A stretch of 64,000 bases of DNA from Felis catus (GCF_018350175.1 NC_058379.1:13330001-13394000); one strand, 5' to 3'. Shown: positions 47,505-59,290, counted from the first letter of the stretch. Program-made: numbers and translations. Notes: generated by a model not told the origin, from the letters alone.

Positions 47505-47605
47505 TCTGTAGGCAGTGAGTTCCCAGAGGGCAAGGACCAACTCACTTTCATTCCCCCTATCCTCAGCACTGAGCCCCACATACATAGTAGGTCCTCAATA
47601 AATAC
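47505..47605 (+). mobile_element. L2 3' end
   Basis: GTGAGTTCCCAGAGGGCAAGGACC..ACATAGTAGGTCCTCAATAAATA. Confidence 0.75.
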
Positions 47606-47799
47606 CACCACATAGTAGGCGCCTAGGAAAGGCTTTTGGGAATTGCACCGAATTAAAAAGGAGAGTAAGAAGGAAACATTCCCAGCACAGGGACGGCTAT
47701 TCCTCTGGGAAAGGCTGCTTGCCCAGCTATTCCTTTCAGCTCTCTGGCACGTTCTGGGCAAGTAAGCAGCTACGCTTGGTGCGCTCGACCCCCACCTGG

Positions 47800-48364
47800 G
47801 CTACGCTGCTTCCGAAGACGGCTGAGGAAATTATTCCTATCTCACGTGCTCTTTTGCAACGAATGCTGCCCCTGTTCCCATCCAAAGCCCGGGTTACGTA
47901 TCCTGTGCTTGAGTCTGGGCTGGCCCTCTGCCTTGCCCTGAACAAGGCCAAGCCGAGGCTGGTCAACTTCTAGGCTTCGGCCCCAAGAGGTCTTGCAGCT
48001 TCCTTTTTTTTTTTTTTTTTTTTTCACTTTCTTGACACTCAGCCACCATGTAAAGAAGCCCAAGCAATCCTGCTGGAAAGGCCACGCGGAGGAAAACCAA
48101 ACGCCCCTGCTGGTGGCCAACACCAACTACCAGACATGGGAGTGGGAGCCATCTTGGATTCTGCAGCCCCAGCCAAGGTCCCGGGCGGGGCACAGCCACA
48201 CATGTGAGTCCAGCCAGCACTCTGTGAGACCAAAGAACTGCCGGACTGGGGTCCCCCTGCCGACCTGAATTCCCGACCCACAGAATCAGGAGCAATAAAA
48301 TGGTTACTCTTTCAAGCCCCTGTGGTTTGGGGTAGTTTGTTACACAGCAAGAGATAACAAATAC
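47800..48364 (+). mobile_element. MLT1G/H-like LTR
   Basis: CTTGAGTCTGGGCTGGCC, CAGCCACCATGTAAAGAAGCCCAAGC, TTTGGGGTAGTTTGTTACACAGCAA. Confidence 0.8.
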
Positions 48365-48468
48365 ATCGACTTTCTCCATGTGAGCAAAAATTTGGGGGAG
48401 GGGGTATCTGAGGCTTTTGATCTGCGAGGTGGGAGACCGTATACTAGAATTCAAGCTTCGCTGTTTTT

Positions 48469-48694
48469 TTTTTTTTAATTTTTTGTTTCAACTTTTTTTA
48501 TTTATTTTTGGGACAGAGAGAGACAGAGCATGAACGGGGGAGGGGCAGAGAGAGAGGGAGACACAGAATCGGAAACAGGCTCCAGGCTCCGAGCCATCAG
48601 CCCAGAGCCTGACGCGGGGCTCCAACTCACGGACCGCGAGATCGTGACCTGGCTGAAGTCGGACGCTTAACCGACTGCGCCACCCAGGCGCCCC
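48469..48694 (-). mobile_element. Young felid CanSINE
   Basis: Perfect TSD AAGCTTCGCTGTTTTT at 48453 and 48695. Confidence 0.97.
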
Positions 48695-49155
48695 AAGCTT
48701 CGCTGTTTTTAAGTGTCCCTTTGTTTTTCGTTTTAAAATATTGCAGGGTCCCTCAATGCAGCGATCAAAGATGGCATCACCAGAATGGGCAACATGACGG
48801 TATACACCAGCCATCTGATCAGGATAGGTTGGGAAGCATGAAACACGTTTCTGCCACGGTCCAGCTGAATGTACATAACCTGAACACAATCACAAAGAAA
48901 CATCGGACAAACCCAGGCTGAGGGACATTCTATAAAATAACAGACCCGTTCTGTGAAAAAAAAAAAAAAAGTCAATGTCCTGAAAGACAAAGAAAGACCA
49001 AGGAAATGTTCTAGATTATAAGAAGCTAAAGAGACACGACTGCTGAATGCCATCTGTGACCCAGAGTTTCCTTTTGTTTATAAAGGACGTTGTAGGGACA
49101 AATGATGAGACCTGGAGAAAGTCTGCAGATCAGATAATAGGACTGTAGTGGTGCA

Positions 49156-49407
49156 GGGATGCCTGGGTGGCTCAGTCAGTTAAGCGTCCGACTTTGGCTC
49201 AAGTTCATGATCTCACAGCTCATGAGTTCAAGCCCTGCGTCGAGCTCTGTGATGACAGCCCAGAGCCTGGAGCCTGCTTCAGATTCTGTGTCTCCCTCTC
49301 TCTGACCCTCCCCCATTCATGCTCTGTCTCTCTCTGTCTCAAAAATAAATTTAAAAAAATAAATTAAAAAAAATTAAAAAATAAAATTAAATTAAAATAA
49401 AAAAAAA
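49156..49407 (+). mobile_element. CanSINE
   Basis: Full length, long A-rich tail. Confidence 0.95.
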
Positions 49408-49424
49408 AGAAAGAAAGATGTGTT

Positions 49425-49655
49425 GGGGCACCTGGGTGGCTCAGTCAGTTGAGCGTCCGACTTCATCTCTGGTCATGATCTCCCAGTTCACGAGTTCGAG
49501 CCCCGTGTCGGGCTCTGTGCGGACAGCTCGGAGCCTGGAGCCTGCTTCGGGTTCTGTGTCTCCCTCTCTCTCTGCCCCTCTCCCTCCCCAGCTGGTGCTC
49601 TGTCTCTCTCTCTCTCTCTCTCTCAAAAACAAATAAAAACATTAAAAAAAATTTT
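49425..49655 (+). mobile_element. CanSINE
   Basis: TSD AGAAAGAAAGATGTGTT at 49408 and 49656. Confidence 0.95.
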
Positions 49656-49889
49656 AGAAAGAAAGATGTGTTATGTTTGCACCTTACTGGGGAACAACTC
49701 TGAAAAAAGAACGTACACGTTTTCTCTTCTATATGTCCATATCTACAGAGAGAGAAAGGGACCAGGGTGAAATGCAGGTGGCCAAAGCATTCACATCTGG
49801 GGAATCTGGGTAGGGAGTGTGTGGGAATTCTTTGTACTGTTCTTGCAACTTCTCTCTAAGTCTGAGGTTATTTTTAAATAAAAAAGAAC

Positions 49890-49897
49890 TTTTTAAG

Positions 49898-49928
<31 letters not shown>

Positions 49929-50106
49929 AGAGATGCATGAGTGGGGGAGGGACAGAGAGAGAGGGAGAGAGAGAGAGAATCCCAAGCAGGCTCCACACTG
50001 TCAGCATGGAGCCCGATGCGGGGCTCGGTCTCACGAACCATGAGATCACGACCTGAGCGGAAATCAAGAGTCAGAGGCTTAACCAACTGAGTCACCGAGG
50101 TGCCCC
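49890..50106 (-). mobile_element. CanSINE (older)
   Basis: GAATCCCAAGCAGGCTCCACACTGTCAGC..GGTGCCCC. Confidence 0.93.
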
Positions 50107-51563
50107 TGAGTTTTTTTTTTTCAAAGGCAGAAGGAGATTCTGGTGTGTGCATGGATGCCCCTACAGAGGAAAAAACTATCCACTTTGGGGGCAGGACTCT
50201 CCCTGGAAATCCCTGACACAGAGAGCTGACTTTTGCCCCTTTCTGGTCTCCCTCTGGTGGCACACGTGTGACAGGGAACCGCTCTGTGTCCCACAGGCCG
50301 CCTGGCATCTGGCAACGATCAGCAGCTTCCACTGAAGTCACCACCTCCGTCCCCATTCACGTCCAGCCTTCTCCCAAGGCAAGGCGAGGTTCTGGATTTT
50401 TCACAACGACAGTCCTTCCCCGGAGATCTCTGGCGCACTTTGCCAAGGGCTCAGCTACAAGTCTGTCTTCCCTGTTCACCTGAATTTGGGGGATTCCCAT
50501 TTAGAGGCCACAAGCACAGGATAATGGAGTTGAGGGGCTAGAGGAGCCCCTCTCTGGTAACGAACATCGCTGAGAGCACACCGCTGGGGCCGTTTCACTG
50601 TTTTATCTGCCTCGGCCAGTGACCAGGGGGGAGAGAGGAGAGGATGTATGTGCCCAAAGGAATGGCACGGGCGGTGTTGACCGGATCAGGGCCACCCAAG
50701 GCCCCCAGGCTCAGCGATGCCAACCACGCATGTTTCTGGGCAGAGCTTCTGGAGGGGAGCAGGCTGGGCTAGAAGAAGCCAGGAGTTTGGGATCCAAGAG
50801 ACCCAGGAGGGCAGTCCCTGACTTGCTACATCCTGGCTAGGTGGTACCAGCTGGGAGACTTCCGCCGGCGCCCAGTTTAAGGCCCCCACCCACAGCGGAA
50901 ATGATCAAACGCATCCGAGATATGCATGAAGTGTTAGGAAAGTGCCCGGCACAAAGTGGACCCATCCACAAAATCAGCGCTTCAGTTCCACACACGTTTA
51001 CTGAGCACCGACTCCGAGCCACACACAGCGGAGGGTGAGCTCTTCCTCCCCTGTCCCCGAGAGGGGGCACAAGGCCTTCCCCTCTGCCCTCCTTCACCCT
51101 GTTCTTCCCCCTCTCCGATGACGACACCATGACCGCAGCCCAGGTGCTAGACCATCGGAGTTCAAATCTGAGCCGTGCCTCTGAGCAACTGAGGTTAAGT
51201 TACCCCACCCATGTATCCCTTGGTTCCCCCCCCCCCAGAAATGGATATAGTGATCACCTCCACCTCTTAGATGGCTGTGGGGTCAGCTGAGTCCATCCAT
51301 GCCGAAGAATATTAACAAGGAATGCCTAAGAAGTAGTAACTACATGCCAGACACAGGTCTGCACTGTTTTCTAGTATTGCCCCCATTTCACAGATGAAAA
51401 CAAGGAGGCGCAGAGAGACTGCGTAATTTGCCCAAGATCACAGACAGAACAGGAGGCAGAGCTGAAATCCGACTCAGAAGTCTGTGTACTCTTAACCCCT
51501 GAGTTCTAATGCCAAGGGCATACAGTAAATGCTCAGTTCATGTTTGCCGTTAGTAATCCCAGC

Positions 51564-51972
51564 CAGGGCCAGCTTCAGGGGGGGTCCGACCCGGGCAGTT
51601 ACAACAGAGCCTGGCACTTAGAAGGGTTATCTTGTTGGGGCGTCTGGGTGGCTCAGTCGGTGAAGCGTCCGACTTCGGCTCAGGTCATGATCTCACACTC
51701 TAGGAGTTCGAGCCCCGCGTCGGGCTCTGTGCTGACAGCTCGGAGCCTGGAGCCTGCTTCGGATTCTGTGTCTCCTTCTCTCTCCGCCCCTCCCCATCTT
51801 GTGCTGTGTCTCAGTCTCTCAAAAATAAATCAATGCGATAAAAACAATTTTAACAGAAGGGTAATGCTTGTTAATGCTCTGCTGTCACCGTCTTGAAATG
51901 CTTGGTAATTTTCATAAGGGGCCCCACATTTTCATTTTGCACCGGGGCCCGAAAATTCCATGGCTGGTGCTG
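51564..51972 (+). mobile_element. MER91A-like hAT-Tip100 MITE (SINE-interrupted)
   Basis: CAGGGCCAGCTTCA start, TTAATGCTCTGCTGTC.CCGTCTTGAAAT, AGGGGCCCC.CATTTTCATTTTGCAC. Confidence 0.85.
51637..51855 (+). mobile_element. CanSINE
   Basis: TSD-like AGAAGGGT.AT(G)CTTGTT. Confidence 0.95.
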
Positions 51973-52889
51973 CTCAGCACCTTAAAGGGGGCAATCATTT
52001 ATTTCTCTCTCGTCCTCCTTCCCTAGACCGCGAGCTCCTCCAGATCTAAGATGCGGTATCAGTCAAGGGCAGAACCTGGTGCATAGCATGAGCTGAACAA
52101 ACGTTCAGGATCTAAGACACCTTCTCTCTCCCTCCCTCCTGGTCCATGCCCAGCAGGTAGCAGGTGCTCACACTCCTGCCAGGAGGCCGAGAGGTGGCCA
52201 CAGCTCTTGGCCCTGCCCCCACTTCCCTTCAACACCCCAAGAATAGCTTCTGGCCCAGAGAGCCTCAAGGACGCCTGCTGGAGAAGGAGTCTCTCCTGAA
52301 GCGTGTAGGAACTCTGGCTGGTGGCCACCAGGTCTTTCCAGAAAGGTGGGGAGAGAGAGGTACAGCCCGGAGACGCTGCGGCTCGCTGCATCTGGGGGAA
52401 TCCCAGCCAGGCCTGAAAGACCCTAATAAACAGCTAATTATGATGCTGACTGTGTACACAGGGGCAGGGAGACAGGGGCAGGGAGACCCAGCGTAACGCG
52501 TAATTACAGCCGTTGGAGCCCGAGCCCGGGCGGGGTTTTCTCCTGCCCGGGTTGATGCAGAATCCAAAGTGCAGGCGTGTGGCCAGGGCACAAATGTGAA
52601 CAAGACCCTCCCTCAGGGCAGCACGATTCAGTCCAAAGGTTCAAGTGCGGCGGTTACGATGATTAGAAGAATTCTTTCTCCCTTTTATATAGGGAGCAGG
52701 TGCAGGGGATGAGGGCGGGGAGAGCGAACGTTTGTTCAGCTCATGCCATGCACCAGGCTCTGCCCTTGACTGATACCATAGAGAGGGTTCAGGGGCCAGG
52801 CAGGAGGTGGGCTTGGGCGTTTCTGGGATTTGGAGTTGGATGTCACTCCTCTCCCCCCCCGCCCCCTAAACATTTCTGCTTACTGATAT

Positions 52890-53800
52890 TTTAAAAAGCC
52901 AAGGTGAAATTCACATGACATAAAAATTGTCTGCGTTGGGGCGCCCGGGTGGCTCAGTCGGTGAAGCGTCTGACTTCAGCTCAGGTCGTGATCTGGCTGT
53001 TCGTGGGTTCGAGCCCCGCGTCGGGCTCTGTGCTGACAGCTCGGAGCCTGGAGCCTGTTTCAGATTCTGTGTCTCCCTCTCTCTCTGCCCCTTCCCCGCT
53101 CATGCTCTGTCTCCCTCTGTCTCTCACTAATAAATAAACAGTAAAAAAATTGACTGTGTTAAAGTGTACAATCCGGTGACAGTACACTCATAATCTTGGG
53201 CAATCACCACCTCTATCTACATTTCTAAAATATTTTGTTTACCCCAAAAGAAATCCCCGGACCTGTTACTCATGTATCAACTCTCCCTGCCACCCCCACC
53301 ATGTCCTTCCTCCTTCCAACCAGCCCCTGGCAACCACTAATGTGCTTTCTGTCTCTATGGATTTACCGATTCTGGACATCACAAATCAATGGAATCACAG
53401 TATATTTGACCTTTGGGGACTGGCGTCTTTCATTTAGCCTCATGTTTCTGAGGTTCATTCACATGGTGACATGTAACGATACTTTGTTCCTTTTTACTGC
53501 CACGTACTACTCCATGTCTGGATATGCGCTTAGTCAATCCATTTATCCACTGATGGACATCGGGTTGTTTCCACTTTCGGGCTCTTATAAATAATGCTCT
53601 GAACATTCGCGTACAGGTTTTTGTGTGGACGTGTTTTCAACTCTCTTGGGTAGAGACACCTGGAAACTGGATTGCTGGGTCAGAGGGCAATTCTCTATTG
53701 AACTTTCTCCTGTTTTCCACGCCGGCTGCGCATTTGACATCCCCAGCAGCAATGCCCAAGGGCTCCGATTCCCCCACATCTTTGCTAATATATTTTTTTT
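52890..53800 (-). mobile_element. L1MB-like 3' fragment
   Basis: AGGTGAAATTCACAT, CAGCCCCTGGCAACCACTAAT..TGTCTCTATGGATTT, ATCCACTGATGGACAT. Confidence 0.85.
52938..53143 (+). mobile_element. CanSINE
   Basis: TSD AAAAATTG.CTG.GTT. Confidence 0.95.
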
Positions 53801-54509
53801 CTTTCTTTCCTTCTCACGCATGGCCAAGGTAAGCCTCTGTCTGCCACTGGGGCTCAAACACAGAACCGCGTGTTTAGGACTTGCGGGAAAGCCCTATGAC
53901 AGCGAGCGTGCAGGGGGAGTTATGTACACCCCTTCCCCGAAAGAATTCGTCACATTGGAAGAGCCAGAGAGAAAGAGTGGCTCCAGGCTGCACCCATCCT
54001 AAAGGGGCCGGGTGATGATTTTGGTGTCACGAGCTCCCCCCTCCAGGTGGCCTGTGGGCGCCTGGGAGGGAATGGCTGCGTGTGACATGAGAGAGAGCCT
54101 GGTCCCTAGGAGTCCAGGCAGCTTTGCCAGAGGGACGTGGCGTTTTACCAGCCCTGCGGGAGCACCGACAGCCTGGGTGAGCTGCCAGAGGGTGACACGG
54201 ACAAAACGAGGGGCCACACAGGTACCAGGAGGTGGCAGAAAGGGGGTCAGCCCGGGAGAATAGTCACATGGCTTTTCCCACCCCCAGAGGGACCAAGAAC
54301 TATAATCACATTATGCCACATATAACTGACTGTAAGTAATGCATTGACTCTATTGTATTGCTACGTGAGTAATAAACGCGATGCTTGCCGAGCGCTTCCT
54401 ACGTGCCAGGCACTGTGCTGAACGCATCGTTTCATGAATTCCCAGGGCAACCCCAGGGCACAGGCATGATGACCTCCAAGGACGCTCGGAGAAATTAGGC
54501 ACTGTGCTC

Positions 54510-55110
54510 GCCTATTCAGAATGCTTTAGGCTGCAGTTATAACACAACTTAGACGGGCTCCAGTGGCCGTAAACAATAAGAAAAGTCATTATCAGGGCAC
54601 CTGGGTGGCTCAGCCAGTTAAGTGGCCGACTCTTGACTTCGGCTCCGGTCATGATCTCGCAGCTCGTGGGTTCGACCTCCACACTGGGCTCTGCGCTGAC
54701 AGCACGGAGCCTGCTTGGGATTCTCCCTCTCTTTCCCTCTCTCTCTGCCCCTCCCCTGTTTGCTCTCTAGCTCCCTGTCTCAAAATAAATAAAAATAAAC
54801 TGTAAAACAATTTTTTTTAAAGACAAGCCATCATCTCACAGGATGAGAAACCCGAGGAAGGCACATTGTAAGCGTGCAGCCCATAGCTGACTCGTTCCCG
54901 TCCCTGATCTGACATCCTTGGGGTTGACTTCGCCCCCATCAGCAGCATTCCCAGCATCCCATTCAGACACAACAATGACCATCCAGCCTCCCCTCAGCTG
55001 TGAGGAGAGCTTCCCAGGAGCCCCAGCAGACCTTCCTACGTGTCTCCTTGTCCGTCACTGGATCGCGTGGCCACCAGTGAACCAATCTCGGGCGCTGGGA
55101 ATGGGGGGGG
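54510..55110 (-). mobile_element. Old MaLR LTR (MLT1L-like), SINE-interrupted
   Basis: CAGAATGCTTTAGGCTGCA, TTCCCAGGAGCCCCAGCAGAC, GAACCAATC. Confidence 0.55.
54595..54815 (+). mobile_element. CanSINE (older)
   Basis: Head, linker, tail. Confidence 0.93.
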
Positions 55111-56627
55111 TCCCCTGCCTGGAGGTGTCATTTGGGTAGAATAGATAGTGAGGATGTGGGAGGGGTGGGGTCAGCCACGGCGAACAGAGCCAGAGTTTGA
55201 ACCCAGAGCTGCCTTCCTCTTGGCCTCTCCGATGATTCAGAAAAGCAAACCTCCGGCCCAGTCCTGCCCCCATTCCTGACTTCCTTTTCTACCACGGTTT
55301 CCAGCACCTGGGCATCGTCCGCCTTCGATTTTCCCTCGGCATCCCCGGCGTCCAGCCAACCAGTGACCCCACATGTCCATTCCAATCAGCCAGCCCAGCT
55401 CAGAGCCGGGCCAGAGAACTTTGCGTTCTGCTCCGGATCATGTGTCCACCCACATCAGCCTTCCCCGGCCGCCCGCAGGGCCGCGCGGCCTCTCAGAACT
55501 GCTCCTGTTCAGTCAGATACATCAAGCTGATCAGCAGTTCTGGGCCAGGGGCCGACGGGGCAAGGGCCTTTTGGATCGTCTGTCTGTCCACACGCATCAG
55601 CTGTTCCGGGCCCGCAACCTGGCCGGCGTGGCCCCAGCGGCGAAGAAGCCAGCGGGGCCGTGGAAGGTGGGACGCTGGGGCTGGGGCCGGGCATGGCAGG
55701 AAGTGGACAGTTGGTGGGGGGGGGTGCTGGAGGAGTGAGGGAGGGGTGACACAGGAAGAAGAAGGAGAGAGAGAGGGCACACGCAGAGCCTGAGGCAACA
55801 AAGCGACCTCGTCTCACCACTGTCTGTGTCCCCAGCACCTAATCGGGTGTCTGCTACAAAGCAGGGAACAGTTGGTTGAACTGGCCTGCAAGACAGGAGT
55901 GAGAGAAGGTGCCAGGAGGGAGGAGGGGAAGGAAGGGGAAAGAGATACAGAGAACAGAGCAACCGGCGGGGGGCAGGGAGTGGGGAAGACAGCCCTGTCT
56001 GTTCCCTCCTAGCACAGTCCCTTCCACTGATGGCTCCACAGACCTTTAGTTCTCTGAACTGGAAGGGCAGAGAGGAGGTGGGGCCGGAGGGCCGTGGTGG
56101 GGGCCCTGGGAGAGAGACTAGGGATGAGGCCCCAGGCCCAGAGGGGGAGAAAGGGGAGGGGAGGGAGAAGGACAGTGATCGGGAAAGGGCGGGGCCCAAA
56201 GGCAGGGGTGGAGGGACCAGCACAGGCAGGACCAACCAAGCCAAGGAAGTGGAAGCCAAGAGGGGCCAGCACGGGAGCCGAGCAGGCTCATCCCTTTGAT
56301 GAAAATGCACATTAGCAAACATGCTGGGATCTGACAAGTGCCAACAGGCCCATCGCGGAGTTAAAAAGTGCTACATCTGTCAGGGCTTCAAGTTTTAAGT
56401 CAGCACTTTCTTTCTTTTCACAGTGGGATCCTGCAACTGTGGTCTCCCTGCACATCTCCCGAGAGCACGCACGGCTTGTCACGGAGCCTGGGAGGGTCGG
56501 GGGAGGGGGAGGGCGGTGGGCAGGGAGGGAGGCGTGTGGCGGCCTCTTGCAGGTGTGTCCCAGGGGAGGGGGAGGGCACGGGAAAGCAGGGAAGGTTTTC
56601 AGCAGAGGCCAGGAGGACCCAAGCTGA

Positions 56628-57058
56628 TGGACAGGATTGAACAGGTGTCCCCAGGTTCGTGTCCGCCTGGAACCTCTGAATGTCACCTTATTTGGAAATG
56701 GGCAGATGTAATTAGGTAAAGCAATTGAGATGAAGTCATCCTGTCTTCAGGCTGGGCGCTCAATCCGGCGACTGGTGGCTGATAAGAAAGGGGGACGCAG
56801 AGATGGAGAGAACAGCCAGAAAGAGGCAGGAATGGCAGTGAGGTGGCTATAAGCCCAGGAACCCAAGGGTGGTCTGGAGCCACCAGAAGCTAAGAGAGAG
56901 GCGTGGAGGAGACATCCCCCGAAAACCTCTGGAAGGAACCGACTGGGCCAACACCCTGATTTTGGACGTCTGGACTCCAGGACGTGGGAGAACAGTTTCT
57001 GTAGTTTTCAGCCATCCAGTTTGCAGTCATCTCTTATGGAGCCCTAGCAGTCAACTCC
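56628..57058 (+). mobile_element. MLT1C-like LTR
   Basis: GGAACCTCTGAATGT.ACCTTATTTGGAAAT, GCCACCAGAAGCTA, GCCAACACC.TGATTTTGGAC. Confidence 0.85.
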
Positions 57059-57414
57059 AACCCCTGGCCTTGGGGCCCCATTGTGCCTGCTCCTGGGTGT
57101 GATGGGATGATGGCAGGACAGTTAGAAGTAGGAGAGGGTTCCAGGCCCTCCAGCCTGGTCCCGTCACATCTCCAGAGCTGGACAGTAACTTGTTTTCTCC
57201 ACACTTGGGAGTCTTGTCTCTTGTCTGCTCTCCAGAACTCAGGTCCTTCCACCAGCAGGTGGAAGACAGGGCTCTATGCTGGGGGGGGGGGGGTCGGGGA
57301 GGGAGAGGGCTTTCGTCTGGCTGTGCACCCAGGGGCGAAGGGTGGGGGGCTCAGGAAGCCACCAGACCCCACAGACCCAGGCCTGGGCTGCTGGAGGCGG
57401 GCTGCCTCTCCTCA

Positions 57415-57630
57415 CACATGGGCTATGGCCTCCGACAGTCCTGGGTTCAAATCCTGTGCCTTCTTAGGTGTGCCCGTGACCCAAGTTTGGGTTGGTCTGG
57501 CCTTCTGGGCTTTGAGAGCCTCATCTATAAAACGAGAAAGAAAACACCTATCTCATGTGGTCACTGGAAGAATTAAGGAAGAAAACGTAGGCGAAGAGCT
57601 TAGACAGGCCTTCATAAACGGTGATGATGA
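57415..57630 (+). mobile_element. MIR
   Basis: CCTGGGTTCAAATCCTG..CCTCATCTATAAAA..ACCTATCTCAT. Confidence 0.7.
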
Positions 57631-57851
57631 TAAGGATAGAGATCTCTCTACGGCCATTTCTGTCTAGCCCTGAATGGTTACCGTGGGCCACAAAGAAAGA
57701 TGGTGTCTGCCCTCTGGCAAAATTCGAAGGCTGGACACAAATGTGTGAAAGGATTAGGAACCCATAAAATACGTGGTAACAGCAAGAGACGGGACTGGTG
57801 CAGCCTGACCAGGGTCACGTCTCACAGGTGCCATGAAGGCAGCGCGTAGGG

Positions 57852-57946
57852 TAGGGTGACCGACTCTTCCGGGTTTGCCTGGGCCTTGCCCACGTTACAC
57901 ACTGGGAGCCCCACATCCCGGGCAAACTGGGATCGCTGGTCACCCT
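57852..57946. mobile_element. MER94/MER81-like hAT-Blackjack fold-back MITE
   Basis: TIRs AGGGTGACC / GGTCACCCT and inner GTTTGCC.GGG / CCCGGGCAAAC. Confidence 0.85.
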
Positions 57947-57984
57947 TCATGGAGGAGGCAACCTCCCCTAGGCCTCCAGGGAAC

Positions 57985-58620
57985 CATTCATTCATTCATC
58001 TCTTCATTCCTTCACTCCCGAAACATTTACTGAGAGCTCACCGTAGGCCAGACACTTAGGCCCGGATGACACAGGACACAGCCCCTGCCCCCGTAGCACC
58101 CACATGCATACTTGCACGGCATTCTTGCATTCATTCGATAAGGCATTTAATGAGCACCTATTGTGTGCCAGGCAGTCTTCAGCACAGGAAAGCGAAGACA
58201 GATGACATCGTTTCTGATCTCGAGGTGTTCACGTCTGGCTGGGGAGGGACAGGGGGCAGGCCGCTCCCTCCAGTGTGGGCAGGGCCGCTACAGCCCCCAG
58301 TAGGTGGAGAGGTAGAACAGACGCCTAAGCCACCCCAAAGCAGGGGCAGGGCATCTTCCGGAAAGGGGTGGTGCTGAGCTGACTCTAAAGGGGAGTGTTG
58401 GCAGGAGCCAGTCAGAGAAACAGGGAAGGGTGTTGAGGCAAAAGGATCAGCCTGAACACAGGGAACCAGGCGAGGTGCCCAGAGGCAATATAAGAACGGT
58501 GCTTGGGTGAGGAGAGGCACGGACCCAACGGCAGGGACAGCAGGGTCCAGATGAGGATGAGCAGGGAAGGAGGGGAGGGAGGGAGTCTGGTTTGCAGAGG
58601 TGCAGAGGGAAGAGCTGGCA
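57985..58620 (-). mobile_element. L2 fragments
   Basis: CATTCATTCATTC..CATTTACTGAG; second CATTCATTC..GAGCACCTATTGTGTGCCAGGCA. Confidence 0.7.
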
Positions 58621-58969
58621 GGGCTTGTGGAAGGACTGAAGGGAGGCGTGTGGACCCTATGCCCACCGTGGCTGGCGGCGGGCAGGACCTACCGGGTGTT
58701 GGGGGAAAGTGCAGAAGAGGGAGGAGACACGGGCTCAGAACCAACCAACCATCGGAAGAAACAAGAAGAAAGAAAATCAGGCCATGCTGTCACTGGACAG
58801 ACTGGACACCCTAAGCCCGGGCCCCAGCCTCTGGCACTGAGCCTTCCTGCATGTTTGGGACAAGCATGCACCTTGTCCCCACTTGTCCTAGAATTGTTTC
58901 TGCACAATAAATAAACCCCCGTTGAGCATCTTGGAGCTGAGCTCTTTTGCTGAGAAAGCGACACCGGAT

Positions 58970-59290
58970 GTGTGAGGGAGAGAGACCTGGGGTGGGGGCT
59001 CACCTGGGGGCTCAAGGGGGCACCAGGGGTCAGGGAAGGTCTCCCTGAGGTGATGCTCAATGATCCAGAAGTGCTAGCCTTGGGAAGATTCGGGGAGAGG
59101 AGGAGTGTTTCAGGCAGAGGGAACAGTATGTGCAAATGCTCAGAGGCGGGAACAAGCAGGTTACACGCAAGGAACACAAGAGCCAGGTACGATGGAGTGG
59201 AGATCGGGGGCGGGGGAGGGAACGTGGGAGGTCACCAGGTACAGAAGTGGGCCAGGGTCCGATCAGGCCTTGGCAGGGGCGACAAGTCAG
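58970..59290 (-). mobile_element. L2 fragment
   Basis: GGGGTCAGGGAAGG.CTCCCTGAGG..CAGGCAGAGGGAACAG.ATGTGCAAA. Confidence 0.75.

Larger units (their letters stand above)
48760..49886 (+). mobile_element. L1MC4-like 3' UTR (SINE-interrupted)
   Basis: GACAAACCCA..TGAGGGACATTCTA.AAAATAAC, GAAAGACAAAGAAAG, GGGAATTCTTTGTACTGTTCTTGCAACTT. Confidence 0.8.

Noticed and set aside
5140-53187. Recurring ORFs such as MAQSVKRPTSAQVMIS..SSSPASGSVLTA.. and ..RGRGRERGRHR..
   Set aside because: Translations of CanSINE copies on either strand, not a gene family
55597-56337. 246-aa Pro/Ser/Leu-rich ORF
   Set aside because: Antisense of a G/A-rich tract that lacks stops by composition; no recognisable homology
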